From: a virus
DNA: 64,000 nucleotides
UHGV virus genome: UHGV-1378516
Strand: one strand, 5' to 3'
Positions 1 to 7,748 of the stretch are shown in pieces. The notes below the pieces were generated by a model. That model had not been told where the DNA came from. It made no database searches and saw nothing but the letters and a program-made list of their open reading frames with translations. Position 1 is the first letter of the stretch. Every line of letters starts with the position of its first letter. Made by a program: the position numbers and the translations under genes.

Positions 1-430
1 CAAACTTACCAAATAGTTTCTTTGCAGCAGGCCATAAACCACCTTGTAGCTGTGTTGTATTTCGACGGAAATATACAGCATTATAATTAGGGTCTTCAAT
101 AAACCTTAAAGAATCCATTAACAATGCAGCAGTTTTACCAGCACCAGCAGCACCACCATAGAGAACCAAGTCAGCATTAGTATTTAAAAAGACCTCTTGA
201 GAACCCGGCTGAGGGGCTACATAATTCTTATCAGTCATCAATTTGAAGATAAGTCTAACTTGGTCTGGTGTGTATCTTAATAAAGTCAGAATTTGAGTTG
301 GAAGGAATTTAGAGGGGTCTTTACCGAATGATTTGATAATTTCTTTTACTTCATCAGAAAGCCCCAACTCTCCAGCTAGGACTTTCCTAACATCTTCCAC
401 TCTCTTCTGCTTAACAGCATTTAAGTCCAT
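1..430 (-). CDS. terminase large subunit, N-terminal ATPase part (CDS runs off the window at coordinate 1)
   Basis: Minus-strand ORF with ATG at 428-430 preceded by GGAGGTG RBS; translation MDLNAVKQKRVEDV... contains Walker-A-like LVLYGGAAGAGKT typical of TerL ATPase domains. Confidence 0.55.
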   Translation of the reverse strand, partial: MDLNAVKQKRVEDVRKVLAGELGLSDEVKEIIKSFGKDPSKFLPTQILTLLRYTPDQVRLIFKLMTDKNYVAPQPGSQEVFLNTNADLVLYGGAAGAGKTAALLMDSLRFIEDPNYNAVYFRRNTTQLQGGLWPAAKKLFGKF

Positions 431-451
431 TAAGCACCTCCGCAAATAGAA

Positions 452-652
452 TTATTCAGAGTCTGTAGCAGTCTCTTCTTTCTTAACTTCGAACTTTGCA
501 TCAACAGCATCAAGAAGTGCATCCATAGATGCTTCTTTAATATCAATACCTGTTGCTACAGACAATCTGTCTGCAATTGCCATGATAGTATTCTGCATAA
601 ATTCTAGCTTTTTATTAGCTTCATAAAGTTCTTTATAAACGGTCTCGCTCAT
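452..652 (-). CDS. hypothetical protein (66 aa)
   Basis: ORF track; tightly placed upstream of terL-like gene; no recognisable motif. Confidence 0.4.
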   Translation of the reverse strand: MSETVYKELYEANKKLEFMQNTIMAIADRLSVATGIDIKEASMDALLDAVDAKFEVKKEETATDSE

Positions 653-877
653 TATGTTTTCTCCAAATAGTTAACCATGTTTCCCCTTAAAAAAGACGGC
701 ACAGAGACCGTCAAGGAGAAACCACAATGTACGTCAGAGACATACTGTATAAGTCTTCCTATAAAGTATAACTCTGTAAAAAAGCCCTGTCTAAAAATAC
801 TCTTCGGTAGCGAAAGGAAGAATACTTATAGCAGGGCATTATTATTATTTTAATTGAGAGAGAGTAAAATAACTTGG

Positions 878-950
878 AGAATCCGAAGGGACTCGAACCC
901 TTATAAACCTGTTTTGCAGACAGGCACATAGCCATTTCTGTCACGGATTC
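878..950 (-). tRNA. tRNA-Cys (anticodon GCA)
   Basis: Perfect 7-bp acceptor stem GAATCCG/CGGATTC, T-arm GGGTTCGAGTCCC, anticodon loop CTGCAAA. Confidence 0.7.
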
Positions 951-954
951 AAAT

Positions 955-1047
955 TGGAGGAAGATACCAGACTTGAACTGGTACACCGATTTCTCAGCTA
1001 CTGGCAGTTTAGCAAACTGCTCCCTTACCTTTTAGGGTTAATCTTCC
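955..1047 (-). tRNA. tRNA-Ser (anticodon GCT), type II, CCA encoded
   Basis: Acceptor GGAAGAT/ATCTTCC, T-arm ACCAGTTCAAGTCTGGT, anticodon stem GCAGT/ACTGC with loop TTGCTAA, long variable arm. Confidence 0.6.
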
Positions 1048-1049
1048 AT

Positions 1050-1784
1050 TTATTTCTGTAATACGTTCTTCATTTCTGGTGTTGCAATAGTGTCAATTAC
1101 ACCAGTTTTACAAGCATCATCAAACCAGTCTGGTAAGATACCTGCTAAGAACCCATTGATATTCGTTTTAAGGTACTCTGCAATAAGAGCAGCTTCTTCT
1201 TCAATCATCTGCACAACTTCATCTGCATAAGCTGTAATTTTTGAAATACCTTCATTAATCTTACTAACAGCTTGGTTAGCTAAATCAGAAATAGTATCAA
1301 GACCTTTGTCAATAGCGTCTTGTAAGTCACTTAATACATCATTAACACCGTCTAGTGCACTGTTAATCGTATCAATAGCTTTTTGACCATACTCTGTAGC
1401 AACACCCATAATACCACTAAATGGTGTACAACCAACTTGTTCACCTGCTGCACCCATAACATTAGAATAGCCTTTTGCTACCTGCATACGTGATGAGAAC
1501 TCATCAATGGACTTTTGACCGTAATCTGTCAGTGTTTTGGTAGTTGATGTAGTGCTTGTCAGACTCGTGGTAAAGCTGTTAAGCAGAACTGTTGTGAGTC
1601 CAGCAGCAACAAGCTTATCCTTTACTGTAGGGTCTGATACAGAGCTAATAGAGCTTACAAGTGATGTAGAGGCAGCTACGGTTCCGCCGAGAACTGCTGC
1701 ACCAGTAATAAGGGGGTTAGAAAACCCTTTACCAGTTTTTAAGAGATTGAAAATCTCCTTACCTTGTTCTGTCATCTCTTTCAT
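1050..1784 (-). CDS. hypothetical Ala/Thr/Ser-rich protein (start moved to internal ATG so it does not overlap tRNA-Phe)
   Basis: ORF 1050-1847 in track; ATG at 1782-1784 with AAAGGTG RBS; upstream 20 codons overlap a tRNA. Confidence 0.5.
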   Translation of the reverse strand: MKEMTEQGKEIFNLLKTGKGFSNPLITGAAVLGGTVAASTSLVSSISSVSDPTVKDKLVAAGLTTVLLNSFTTSLTSTTSTTKTLTDYGQKSIDEFSSRMQVAKGYSNVMGAAGEQVGCTPFSGIMGVATEYGQKAIDTINSALDGVNDVLSDLQDAIDKGLDTISDLANQAVSKINEGISKITAYADEVVQMIEEEAALIAEYLKTNINGFLAGILPDWFDDACKTGVIDTIATPEMKNVLQK

Positions 1785-1802
1785 TAAGCACCTTTGAAAT
1801 TG

Positions 1803-1877
1803 GTAGTCCAGTGGGATTTGAACCCTCTTCTCATGTTTTTCAGACACGCGCTTTAACCATATAAGCTACTTGGACTA
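1803..1877 (-). tRNA. tRNA-Phe (anticodon GAA)
   Basis: Acceptor TAGTCCA/TGGACTA, T-loop TTCAAAT, anticodon loop CTGAAAA. Confidence 0.65.
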
Positions 1878-1885
1878 TAAATTGG

Positions 1886-1958
1886 GGTGACCTACGGGAT
1901 TTGAACCCGTATAGACCATGTTCACAGCATGGGTCATTACCATTTATGATAAGGCCAC
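1886..1958 (-). tRNA. tRNA-His (anticodon GTG)
   Basis: Acceptor GTGGCCT/AGGTCAC, T-arm ACGGGTTCAAATCCCGT, anticodon stem CCATG/CATGG loop CTGTGAA. Confidence 0.7.
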
Positions 1959-1992
1959 ATTTAAGGACTCTCGTAAGAATCCTTAGAAGTGG

Positions 1993-2065
1993 CAGCGGCA
2001 TAAGGATTTGAACCTTAATAGGACAGCTTCAGAGACTGTTGCATTGCCAGTTATGCTATACCGCT
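1993..2065 (-). tRNA. tRNA-Gln (anticodon CTG)
   Basis: Acceptor AGCGGTA/TGCCGCT, T-arm TAAGGTTCAAATCCTTA, anticodon loop CTCTGAA. Confidence 0.6.
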
Positions 2066-2072
2066 AAATTTG

Positions 2073-2142
2073 GTACTCCATATCGGATTCGAACCGATAC
2101 ATAACACAGATTTTAAGTCTGGCCTCTCTGCCAATTGGAGTA
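2073..2142 (-). tRNA. tRNA-like gene, short (about 68-70 nt), anticodon loop CTTAAAA (UAA, nominally Leu); non-canonical D-arm
   Basis: T-arm ATCGGTTCGAATCCGAT and acceptor pairing present; D-arm does not fold canonically. Confidence 0.4.
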
Positions 2143-2154
2143 ATGGAGCATTGG

Positions 2155-2227
2155 CGGGGGATGTTGGAATTGAACCAACTTCTTCGATTTCAAAGACCGA
2201 GGTTTTAACCTTGTAAACTAATCCCCT
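2155..2227 (-). tRNA. tRNA-Gln (anticodon TTG)
   Basis: T-arm GTTGGTTCAATTCCAAC, acceptor AGGGGAT/ATCCCCC (1-72 mismatch), anticodon loop CTTTGAA. Confidence 0.55.
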
Positions 2228-2235
2228 TTAAATCT

Positions 2236-2793
2236 TTACTTTCTTAGTGGATGAATAAAGAATGCCAACATAACTCTTTCCCTTGAGAATGCTCTTTCTT
2301 CTGGGACAACGCTTTTAAGTTTCCACCCAACATAAATTCTCCAGTAAAATTGTTTACCAAAGATTTTGATTGATGGCACAAAAGCGAATAACCCCCAAGC
2401 ATTACTGTTCCACATTAGGAGATAACCAGTTTGATTATCTTCAGGGTTAGAACTTACGTTGATATTACCTTTCCACTTAGTAACGTCTTTTACATCTCTT
2501 CCTAACACATGGTAAGAGAAGTTATAAGCTTTGTTTCTCCAGAGCCATCCAACTCTCTGCATGTAGACACCAAGCTTACCAATCTTTCTAATCTTAGCCC
2601 ATCGTTTGATATGACCTGCATCACCATCAATTGGGTTGTCATAAGTCTCCATCCATCTGAACCCGAAAGGCAAGTGTCCTTTCTTCTCACTGTAGAATGG
2701 AACTACAAAAGGTGCTAAGATAACTGCTAAGATTGCTGCAAATGGCTCTAACAAAGCTAAGAAAATCCATGAAGCATACTTTAAGTATCTCAT
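2236..2793 (-). CDS. hypothetical membrane protein embedded in tRNA cluster
   Basis: ORF track 185 aa; hydrophobic N-terminus IFLALLEPFAAILAVILAPFVVPF. Confidence 0.5.
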   Translation of the reverse strand: MRYLKYASWIFLALLEPFAAILAVILAPFVVPFYSEKKGHLPFGFRWMETYDNPIDGDAGHIKRWAKIRKIGKLGVYMQRVGWLWRNKAYNFSYHVLGRDVKDVTKWKGNINVSSNPEDNQTGYLLMWNSNAWGLFAFVPSIKIFGKQFYWRIYVGWKLKSVVPEERAFSRERVMLAFFIHPLRK

Positions 2794-3032
2794 TGTCTAA
2801 TCCTCGTAAGGAGGTAAATGTTATTATTAGTTTCTAAACCTTCTGGTAAAACTGTCTCAAAAATAACACTCTTCAGATGTCTACCACCAAAACAATCACG
2901 TATAAATCTTTCTACTCTAGCGGGGTCACATAAGTATCCCACTTTTAAGAAAATGTGGTGTTCAACACCAATGACCCTGACAAACTCAATACTCTCACAG
3001 TTTTCATGTTCAACTACTGTTAATGTTTGCAT
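2790..3032 (-). CDS. hypothetical protein (80 aa)
   Basis: ORF track; 4-nt overlap with downstream gene suggests translational coupling. Confidence 0.4.
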   Translation of the reverse strand: MQTLTVVEHENCESIEFVRVIGVEHHIFLKVGYLCDPARVERFIRDCFGGRHLKSVIFETVLPEGLETNNNIYLLTRIRQ

Positions 3033-3052
3033 AGTATCACCTTTTTATCTGG

Positions 3053-3125
3053 CGCAGGATAAGGGATTCGAACCCCTATTAACAGCTTCGTAGACTGTTG
3101 CTCTTTCCATTTGAACTAATCCTGC
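3053..3125 (-). tRNA. tRNA-Arg (anticodon ACG)
   Basis: Perfect acceptor GCAGGAT/ATCCTGC, T-loop TTCGAAT, anticodon loop CTACGAA. Confidence 0.7.
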
Positions 3126-3133
3126 AAAATTGG

Positions 3134-3208
3134 TGTTCCAAGACGGATTCGAACCGTCACTAATACAAGGTTTGAGCTTGCATCCTCTGCCAATTGGGAT
3201 ACTGGAAC
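3134..3208 (-). tRNA. tRNA with anticodon CAA (nominally Leu) but short type-I architecture
   Basis: Acceptor GTTCCAG/TTGGAAC, T-arm GACGGTTCGAATCCGTC, anticodon loop CTCAAAC, discriminator A; no long variable arm. Confidence 0.5.
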
Positions 3209-3212
3209 ATGG

Positions 3213-3284
3213 TACTCACTAAAGGACTTGAACCTTTTTCTTCATCTTGTAAGGGTGATGTTTTACCATATAAACTAAGCGAGT
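3213..3284 (-). tRNA. tRNA-Val (anticodon TAC)
   Basis: Acceptor ACTCGCT/AGTGAGT (one GU), T-arm AAAGGTTCAAGTCCTTT, anticodon loop CTTACAA. Confidence 0.55.
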
Positions 3285-3288
3285 ATGA

Positions 3289-3376
3289 AAGAGGTCTGGA
3301 GTTGTGCCGCTAACTCAACTCCGTGGAATTTGTTACGGTCTTCAGTTGACTCAAAGCGGTCTTTCACTTGACCTCT
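3289..3376 (-). ncRNA. tRNA-sized structured RNA candidate without canonical T-loop
   Basis: 7-bp terminal pairing AGAGGTC/GACCTCT spaced 88 nt apart, internal 7-bp hairpin GGAGTTG...CAACTCC; no TTCRANT T-loop. Confidence 0.25.
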
Positions 3377-3383
3377 GAATTGG

Positions 3384-3456
3384 TGCTCCCACAAGGACTC
3401 GAACCCTGATAAGTTGCTTACAAGGCAACCGTAATAACCAATTATACGATAGGAGC
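3384..3456 (-). tRNA. tRNA-Thr (anticodon TGT)
   Basis: Acceptor GCTCCTA/TGGGAGC, T-arm CAGGGTTCGAGTCCTTG, anticodon stem GTTGC/GCAAC loop CTTGTAA. Confidence 0.65.
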
Positions 3457-3466
3457 ATTAATTTGG

Positions 3467-3538
3467 AGCATCCAGAGGGAATCGAACCCTCAACCTCAGT
3501 TTGGAAGACTGTAATTTTCCCGTTTAAACTATGGATGC
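3467..3538 (-). tRNA. tRNA-Gly (anticodon TCC)
   Basis: Perfect acceptor GCATCCA/TGGATGC, T-arm GAGGGTTCGATTCCCTC, anticodon loop CTTCCAA. Confidence 0.65.
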
Positions 3539-3547
3539 ACTAATTGG

Positions 3548-3620
3548 TGGAGTCACCGAGAATTGAACTCGGTTCCCAAGTTTGCAAAACTCGAATTTTA
3601 ACCATATAAACTATGACCCC
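3548..3620 (-). tRNA. tRNA-Ala (anticodon TGC)
   Basis: Acceptor GGGGTCA/TGACTCC with G3-U70, T-arm CCGAGTTCAATTCTCGG, anticodon loop TTTGCAA. Confidence 0.7.
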
Positions 3621-3629
3621 AATGTCTGG

Positions 3630-3702
3630 TACAGGTGGAGGGAATTGAACCCATCGTCTTACTGATTAAGAGTCAGCCGCATAACCATTTTGCTACACCT
3701 GC
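3630..3702 (-). tRNA. tRNA-Lys (anticodon CTT)
   Basis: Acceptor GCAGGTG/CACCTGT, T-loop TTCAATT, anticodon stem GCTGA/TCAGT loop CTCTTAA. Confidence 0.55.
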
Positions 3703-3712
3703 ATTAATTTGG

Positions 3713-3788
3713 TAGGAGACAAGGGATTCGAACCCTCAAGCATCTCGTTCTAAGCGAGATAGGTCTACCAAGTTGCCGTCAATCTCCC
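3713..3788 (-). tRNA. tRNA with anticodon TAG (nominally Leu), type-I length
   Basis: Acceptor GGGAGAT/GTCTCCT (two GU), T-arm GAGGGTTCGAATCCCTT, perfectly palindromic anticodon arm ATCTCG-CTTAGAA-CGAGAT. Confidence 0.5.
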
Positions 3789-4044
3789 ATTAAATCTTTT
3801 TAGAGAACTTCTAAGAACCTGAGCAACAAGGTTCCACAACAAGCGACTAATAACCTTAGAAGCCCTCTAAAAAGACCTAAATAGGTCTTTGCATAGTCTT
3901 GTTTAATCCGGTGACTAGAACCTTTGGAGAGCTTGATATTATCTCTTCTCCGTGACACCTACTAGGTGCTTTGACAGTGTACGACAATACACGAGGGATA
4001 AACCGACAATGCGAACAAGCATGGACGGAGTAAATCTTATTAGG

Positions 4045-4132
4045 CGGTAAGTAAAGGAGTCGAACCCTCACCGTATCTCTACAGTGGCAACAGTTTTCAA
4101 GACTGTTTGGCTGCCATTAGCCGCTACCTACC
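4045..4132 (-). tRNA. tRNA-Ser (anticodon TGA), type II
   Basis: Acceptor GGTAGGT/ACTTACC, T-loop TTCGACT, anticodon stem ACAGT/ACTGT loop CTTGAAA, long variable arm. Confidence 0.6.
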
Positions 4133-4148
4133 CCTAATAAGACTTTGG

Positions 4149-4228
4149 CATGGGACGGAGGAGTTGAACCCCTTTGAAACGGTTTTGGAGGCCGTTGCTC
4201 ATGCCTTAGAGTCTTAACATCGTCCCAT
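4149..4228 (-). tRNA. tRNA-like gene (80 nt), anticodon undetermined (possible 9-nt loop containing CCA)
   Basis: Perfect acceptor ATGGGAC/GTCCCAT and T-arm AGGGGTTCAACTCCTCC; interior does not fold into canonical D/anticodon arms. Confidence 0.4.
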
Positions 4229-4373
4229 ATTATAATTCGAAGCTTACCCTGTTATCTCAACACTGTCAAGCTTCTTCTCAGATTATTTACATGTTCTGGA
4301 AAACATGAGATACAGACCACCTCCCTACAGGAAGACCCGCTAAGGCCGTCTAAGTAATCTGCTAACTATTTGG

Positions 4374-4447
4374 TACACCCTACAGGATTCGAACCTGTAA
4401 CTAACGATTTAGAAGACCGTTGCTCTATCCAATTGAACTAAGGGTGC
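4374..4447 (-). tRNA. tRNA-Arg (anticodon TCT)
   Basis: Acceptor GCACCCT/AGGGTGT, D-arm GTTCAATTGGATAGAGC, T-loop TTCGAAT, anticodon loop CTTCTAA. Confidence 0.65.
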
Positions 4448-4696
4448 ATTATCTTTAAAGACTCTCTTAGAAAGCCCTTAAAGATGCCCACCTTATTAAT
4501 CATACCGTGGGCGAGTACGCCAAATTCTTTGATGAGGGATTGGAAGACCTCACTGGTGTTTAGCCTATCAAGCTACTGCCAGAAAAACATTGTCGTTTGC
4601 ATTTATTTTAAATTTGCAAAATAGACGCTACGCAACGAAAACTAAGGTTACTATAAAGTAGTCACATCTCAATGTCAACAACTTTATTGAAATTGG

Positions 4697-4769
4697 TACT
4701 GGTAGGTGGAATCGAACCACCGATGTTCCCTTATCAGGGGAGTGTTATAACCTTCTTAACTATACCAGC
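4697..4769 (-). tRNA. tRNA-Ile (anticodon GAT)
   Basis: Acceptor GCTGGTA/TACCAGT, T-arm GGTGGTTCGATTCCACC, anticodon loop CTGATAA. Confidence 0.65.
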
Positions 4770-4773
4770 TTGG

Positions 4774-4847
4774 AGGTTCAGATGGGAATCGAACCCACAT
4801 TCATAGGGCTTATGAGACCCTTGCATTACCTTATCTGCGACTGAACC
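4774..4847 (-). tRNA. tRNA-Met (anticodon CAT; initiator-like GGG/CCC in anticodon stem)
   Basis: Perfect acceptor GGTTCAG/CTGAACC, T-loop TTCGATT, anticodon stem AGGGT/GCCCT loop CTCATAA. Confidence 0.6.
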
Positions 4848-4854
4848 ATATTGG

Positions 4855-4927
4855 TAGAAGTGGAGGGATTCGAACCCATCGCCTGTCAGATTAAAAGTCT
4901 GCCGCATCACCATTCTGCTACACTTCC
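4855..4927 (-). tRNA. tRNA-Lys (anticodon TTT)
   Basis: Acceptor GGAAGTG/CACTTCT, T-loop TTCGAAT, anticodon loop CTTTTAA. Confidence 0.6.
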
Positions 4928-5126
4928 ATTAAATTATCTTTGTAGATAAGCTACCCAGACTTGCTTAAGGTCTGTAGCGATGTGCCTTTTGGGTTTAAAT
5001 CTAGAATTTACCCATTCACCCTTTGTGGTCGCATACTCACAGGTAAGCTTAATAACTTATCTACAAAGATAATTACCAGACCGTTGTTTATCATCTTAAG
5101 TGCTACCATTACACCAACTCGACATC

Positions 5127-5172
5127 TGCCGAGTGAAGGAATCGAACCTTCGCCTTTTCTTTACCGGAGAAA
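5127..5172 (-). pseudogene. tRNA remnant: 3' half (T-arm + acceptor 3' strand) plus an anticodon-arm-like hairpin (loop CCGGTAA), no matching 5' acceptor strand
   Basis: T-arm GAAGGTTCGATTCCTTC present; no complementary 5' acceptor strand within 100 nt. Confidence 0.3.
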
Positions 5173-5358
5173 TAGATTGTTTAAGTTTTGCTGTAAACGG
5201 TCTTCTGTAAATTTGTTGAGCCAGACCAAGTTTTAAATTTTCAAAATTAAATTGGCTTGAAATTTCATACGTTCTTGCTGTATTTGGTCTTCTGCTCCTT
5301 TAAAGAATACTCGTAAGAACTCTTTAAGGGAGGGGCTAAATAGCCCTCTCAAAATTGG

Positions 5359-5433
5359 CGGTTACGAAGGGATTTGAACCCTCATCATCTCCCGTGACAG
5401 GGGAGTATTTTAACCAGATTAAACTACATAACC
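5359..5433 (-). tRNA. tRNA-Asp (anticodon GTC)
   Basis: Acceptor GGTTATG/CGTAACC, T-loop TTCAAAT, anticodon stem CTCCC/GGGAG loop CTGTCAC. Confidence 0.65.
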
Positions 5434-5441
5434 TTTATTGG

Positions 5442-5526
5442 TGTGCCGTGTAGGAGTCGAACCTACCGAGTCTCAATGACAAGGGATTTACAGTCCCCAC
5501 CGCTACCATCTACGGGATAACGACAC
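5442..5526 (-). tRNA. tRNA-Tyr (anticodon GTA), type II
   Basis: Acceptor GTGTCGT/ACGGCAC, T-arm GTAGGTTCGACTCCTAC, anticodon loop CTGTAAA, long variable arm. Confidence 0.6.
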
Positions 5527-5598
5527 ATTTAATTTCTATTCAGGCTAAGGACTTGCACCTTACAAATCGGTGAGCAATCGCTTCTCTCCTAAATTTGG

Positions 5599-5672
5599 CG
5601 GTTAGTCAGGGATTCGAACCCTGTGCCATTCGCTTAACAGGCGACCGCACATACCTTATGTGCTTCCTAACC
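5599..5672 (-). tRNA. tRNA-Asn (anticodon GTT)
   Basis: T-arm CAGGGTTCGAATCCCTG, acceptor GGTTAGG/ACTAACC, anticodon loop CTGTTAA. Confidence 0.6.
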
Positions 5673-5759
5673 ATGTTTAGTATTACCAGACCGTATCTTT
5701 CAATTTTTTCCGCTAAAAATTTAATAAATATTGCTGTAAACGGTCTTCTGTAAATTTGG

Positions 5760-5833
5760 AGGCGGGTGCAGGAGTCGAACCTGCCGATACCATGCTAATG
5801 AGACATGTGAGACGCCCTTTCTCTATACCCGCA
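5760..5833 (-). tRNA. tRNA-Met (anticodon CAT), 1-72 mismatch
   Basis: T-arm GCAGGTTCGACTCCTGC, acceptor TGCGGGT/ACCCGCC, anticodon stem CATGT/GCATG loop CTCATTA. Confidence 0.55.
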
Positions 5834-5927
5834 ATTCTTAATGACCAGACCAAATCTCTTCTTTGTCCGATTTACCTTCAGATGAATAAGATTAAGTTTG
5901 CTGTAATTGGTCTTCTGTCAAAACTGG

Positions 5928-6002
5928 CGTTCCAGAAGGGATTTGAACCCTCAAATATCCACTTTGAAAGAGTGGTGACTTTACCATTTTGTCTACTGGA
6001 AC
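5928..6002 (-). tRNA. tRNA-Glu (anticodon TTC)
   Basis: Perfect acceptor GTTCCAG/CTGGAAC, T-loop TTCAAAT, anticodon stem CCACT/AGTGG loop CTTTCAA. Confidence 0.65.
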
Positions 6003-6012
6003 ATTAATTTGG

Positions 6013-6086
6013 TCTCTGTTGGAGGACTTGAACCTCCGGCCTTACCGCCCCAAACGGAACGCTCTACCAAGCTGAGCTAAACAGAG
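6013..6086 (-). tRNA. tRNA-Pro (anticodon TGG)
   Basis: Perfect acceptor CTCTGTT/AACAGAG, canonical D-arm GCTCAGCTTGGTAGAGC, T-arm GGAGGTTCAAGTCCTCC, anticodon loop TTTGGGG. Confidence 0.65.
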
Positions 6087-6251
6087 ATAAACTTTTCAAA
6101 CTCTATGTAACCACTTTAACATTATTTTTTAGTGGTTGTCAAGAACTTTTTTAAAATATTCTTCAGTATCTTAGAAAAGCTCTCATTTCGTTTCTATGTA
6201 GAACATATTAAAGGGTATTAAACACATTGTCAATACCCTTTTTAAAACTTT

Positions 6252-7667
6252 TTACCAGATGTAACGGTCAATCATTACTGCTTTGAGCATTACGCTGATT
6301 GGGTCAAACTTCTCACCACCAAGCAGAGCTTTTAAAGTGGCTGGAGAGAAACCAGATACCATTGCTACACCGTTATCCTTAACGGACACTTCGCAAGTAC
6401 CATTACGGTTTGCTAAGTACCAGAATACCAGTTGTGGCATCTCATATCCAGCTTTTTTGTACTTGCTCTGAATTGCTTCAAAGTTTGTACGACCGTTAGC
6501 TCCATCAACCTGATTGAACTCCATATCAGAGAATATGATAAGCTTACTTGGCATATCTTTCTGAGTCAAGTTGTTTCTCTTACCTATTTCAAGAATGCGG
6601 TCAAAAGCTGCTTGTAAGTTAGTTGAACCATATTCAACATGACGCATTACCTGACGATGACGGTTTCGTAAATCACCACTCAGTTCGATGAAGTGAGGGT
6701 TTGTTGAATAAACCATCAACTCATTCTTAAAGCAACCTGTATTGCGTTCTGCTACATACAAGGCAAGTGATACACCAATATCAAGGGCGGTGATTGAACC
6801 AAGATTCACCCAAGACATTGAGCTTGAAACATCAGTCATACACAAGATGTTTTCACCTTCTGCCATCCAGTTTGGTAGTGCTTTCCACTGCTCATTGGCA
6901 ACATCTGCATTACCATGCTTGATAGACTTAATCACATCGTATGGGTAAACAGCACCAGCATTAATCTTAGCCTCACCCTTTGATAAGGACTCAATGTAAG
7001 CTTTGTAGCGTTCTCCATCTTTACGGTTAAACAGTTTTTGGTAACGTGCAGCAGCAAGTGAAGGAATCTTACTGTAGTCAATCTTACCAAACTCATTAGC
7101 AGAGATTTTTTGCTCAACTGTATCAGATAGTGCAGACAACAGTGTGCGGTACTCTTTCTCACTCAAGTTGGCAAACTTGCAGAAACGTTTTACAAACTGC
7201 TTATGACGTGGTTTGACTCGTGGTAACCACTTAGCTGCCAAACCTGCTGTTGCAGGGTCTAGTAATGCTGCTTCTAAATGTTTGAAGGCATCTGTCTCGA
7301 AACGAGTACCTACGAAGATTTTGAAGTCATCAAAACGGCCAAGTTCTGCAATCTTATCCATAATACGAAGAACCTGCGTAGACTCTAAAACTTTGTCTTC
7401 AATTGCTTGAAGCAAAACAGTTCTGAAGGCTTTACGCTCACCCATACCTTCTCGTACATCTCGCATATGAAGCAAAATACGAACTGCAACATCAACATCC
7501 TCACGCAAAGCTTTGTAGAACAGGTCTGGTAAGATTTCTACGTTGCTACGGCTTGAACCAGCAGCTTTGTAAAAGTCTACAAGAGCAGACATTGATGAAG
7601 TATGGTTTACAGCACCATTTTCAGTTCGACCTGCATGAAGGTGCGCATGTTTAAATAATTCGCTCAT
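6252..7667 (-). CDS. von Willebrand factor A (vWA) domain protein, DUF2828-like
   Basis: 471-aa ORF; MIDAS-type DxSxS motif (MTDVSSSM) followed by a vWA-like C-terminal region. Confidence 0.5.
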   Translation of the reverse strand: MSELFKHAHLHAGRTENGAVNHTSSMSALVDFYKAAGSSRSNVEILPDLFYKALREDVDVAVRILLHMRDVREGMGERKAFRTVLLQAIEDKVLESTQVLRIMDKIAELGRFDDFKIFVGTRFETDAFKHLEAALLDPATAGLAAKWLPRVKPRHKQFVKRFCKFANLSEKEYRTLLSALSDTVEQKISANEFGKIDYSKIPSLAAARYQKLFNRKDGERYKAYIESLSKGEAKINAGAVYPYDVIKSIKHGNADVANEQWKALPNWMAEGENILCMTDVSSSMSWVNLGSITALDIGVSLALYVAERNTGCFKNELMVYSTNPHFIELSGDLRNRHRQVMRHVEYGSTNLQAAFDRILEIGKRNNLTQKDMPSKLIIFSDMEFNQVDGANGRTNFEAIQSKYKKAGYEMPQLVFWYLANRNGTCEVSVKDNGVAMVSGFSPATLKALLGGEKFDPISVMLKAVMIDRYIW

Positions 7668-7748
7668 ATTTTACTCTCTTCTCTCATTTGTTGTTTGATG
7701 TGACAGACTTTAGAGCAACTTTGTAGAGCCTGTCAACACCTTTTAAAA

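Noticed and set aside
759-986. 75-aa ORF in the ORF track
   Set aside because: Overlaps tRNA-Cys and tRNA-Ser on the same strand with no RBS; almost certainly spurious.
1537-1797. Plus-strand 86-aa ORF
   Set aside because: Lies entirely antisense inside the 1050-1784 minus-strand CDS.
3877-4071. 64-aa minus-strand ORF in tRNA region
   Set aside because: Runs into tRNA-Ser(TGA) and has no RBS; region more likely non-coding spacer.
4961-5236. 91-aa plus-strand ORF
   Set aside because: Spans the inverted repeat and a tRNA remnant on the opposite-strand tRNA cluster; no RBS.
5539-5562. Possible additional tRNA (T-arm-like TAAGGTGCAAGTCCTTA)
   Set aside because: T-loop lacks the conserved TTC and no complementary acceptor strands were found; left uncalled.
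5756-6007. 83-aa plus-strand ORF
   Set aside because: Antisense to tRNA-Met and tRNA-Glu; artefact of the tRNA region.
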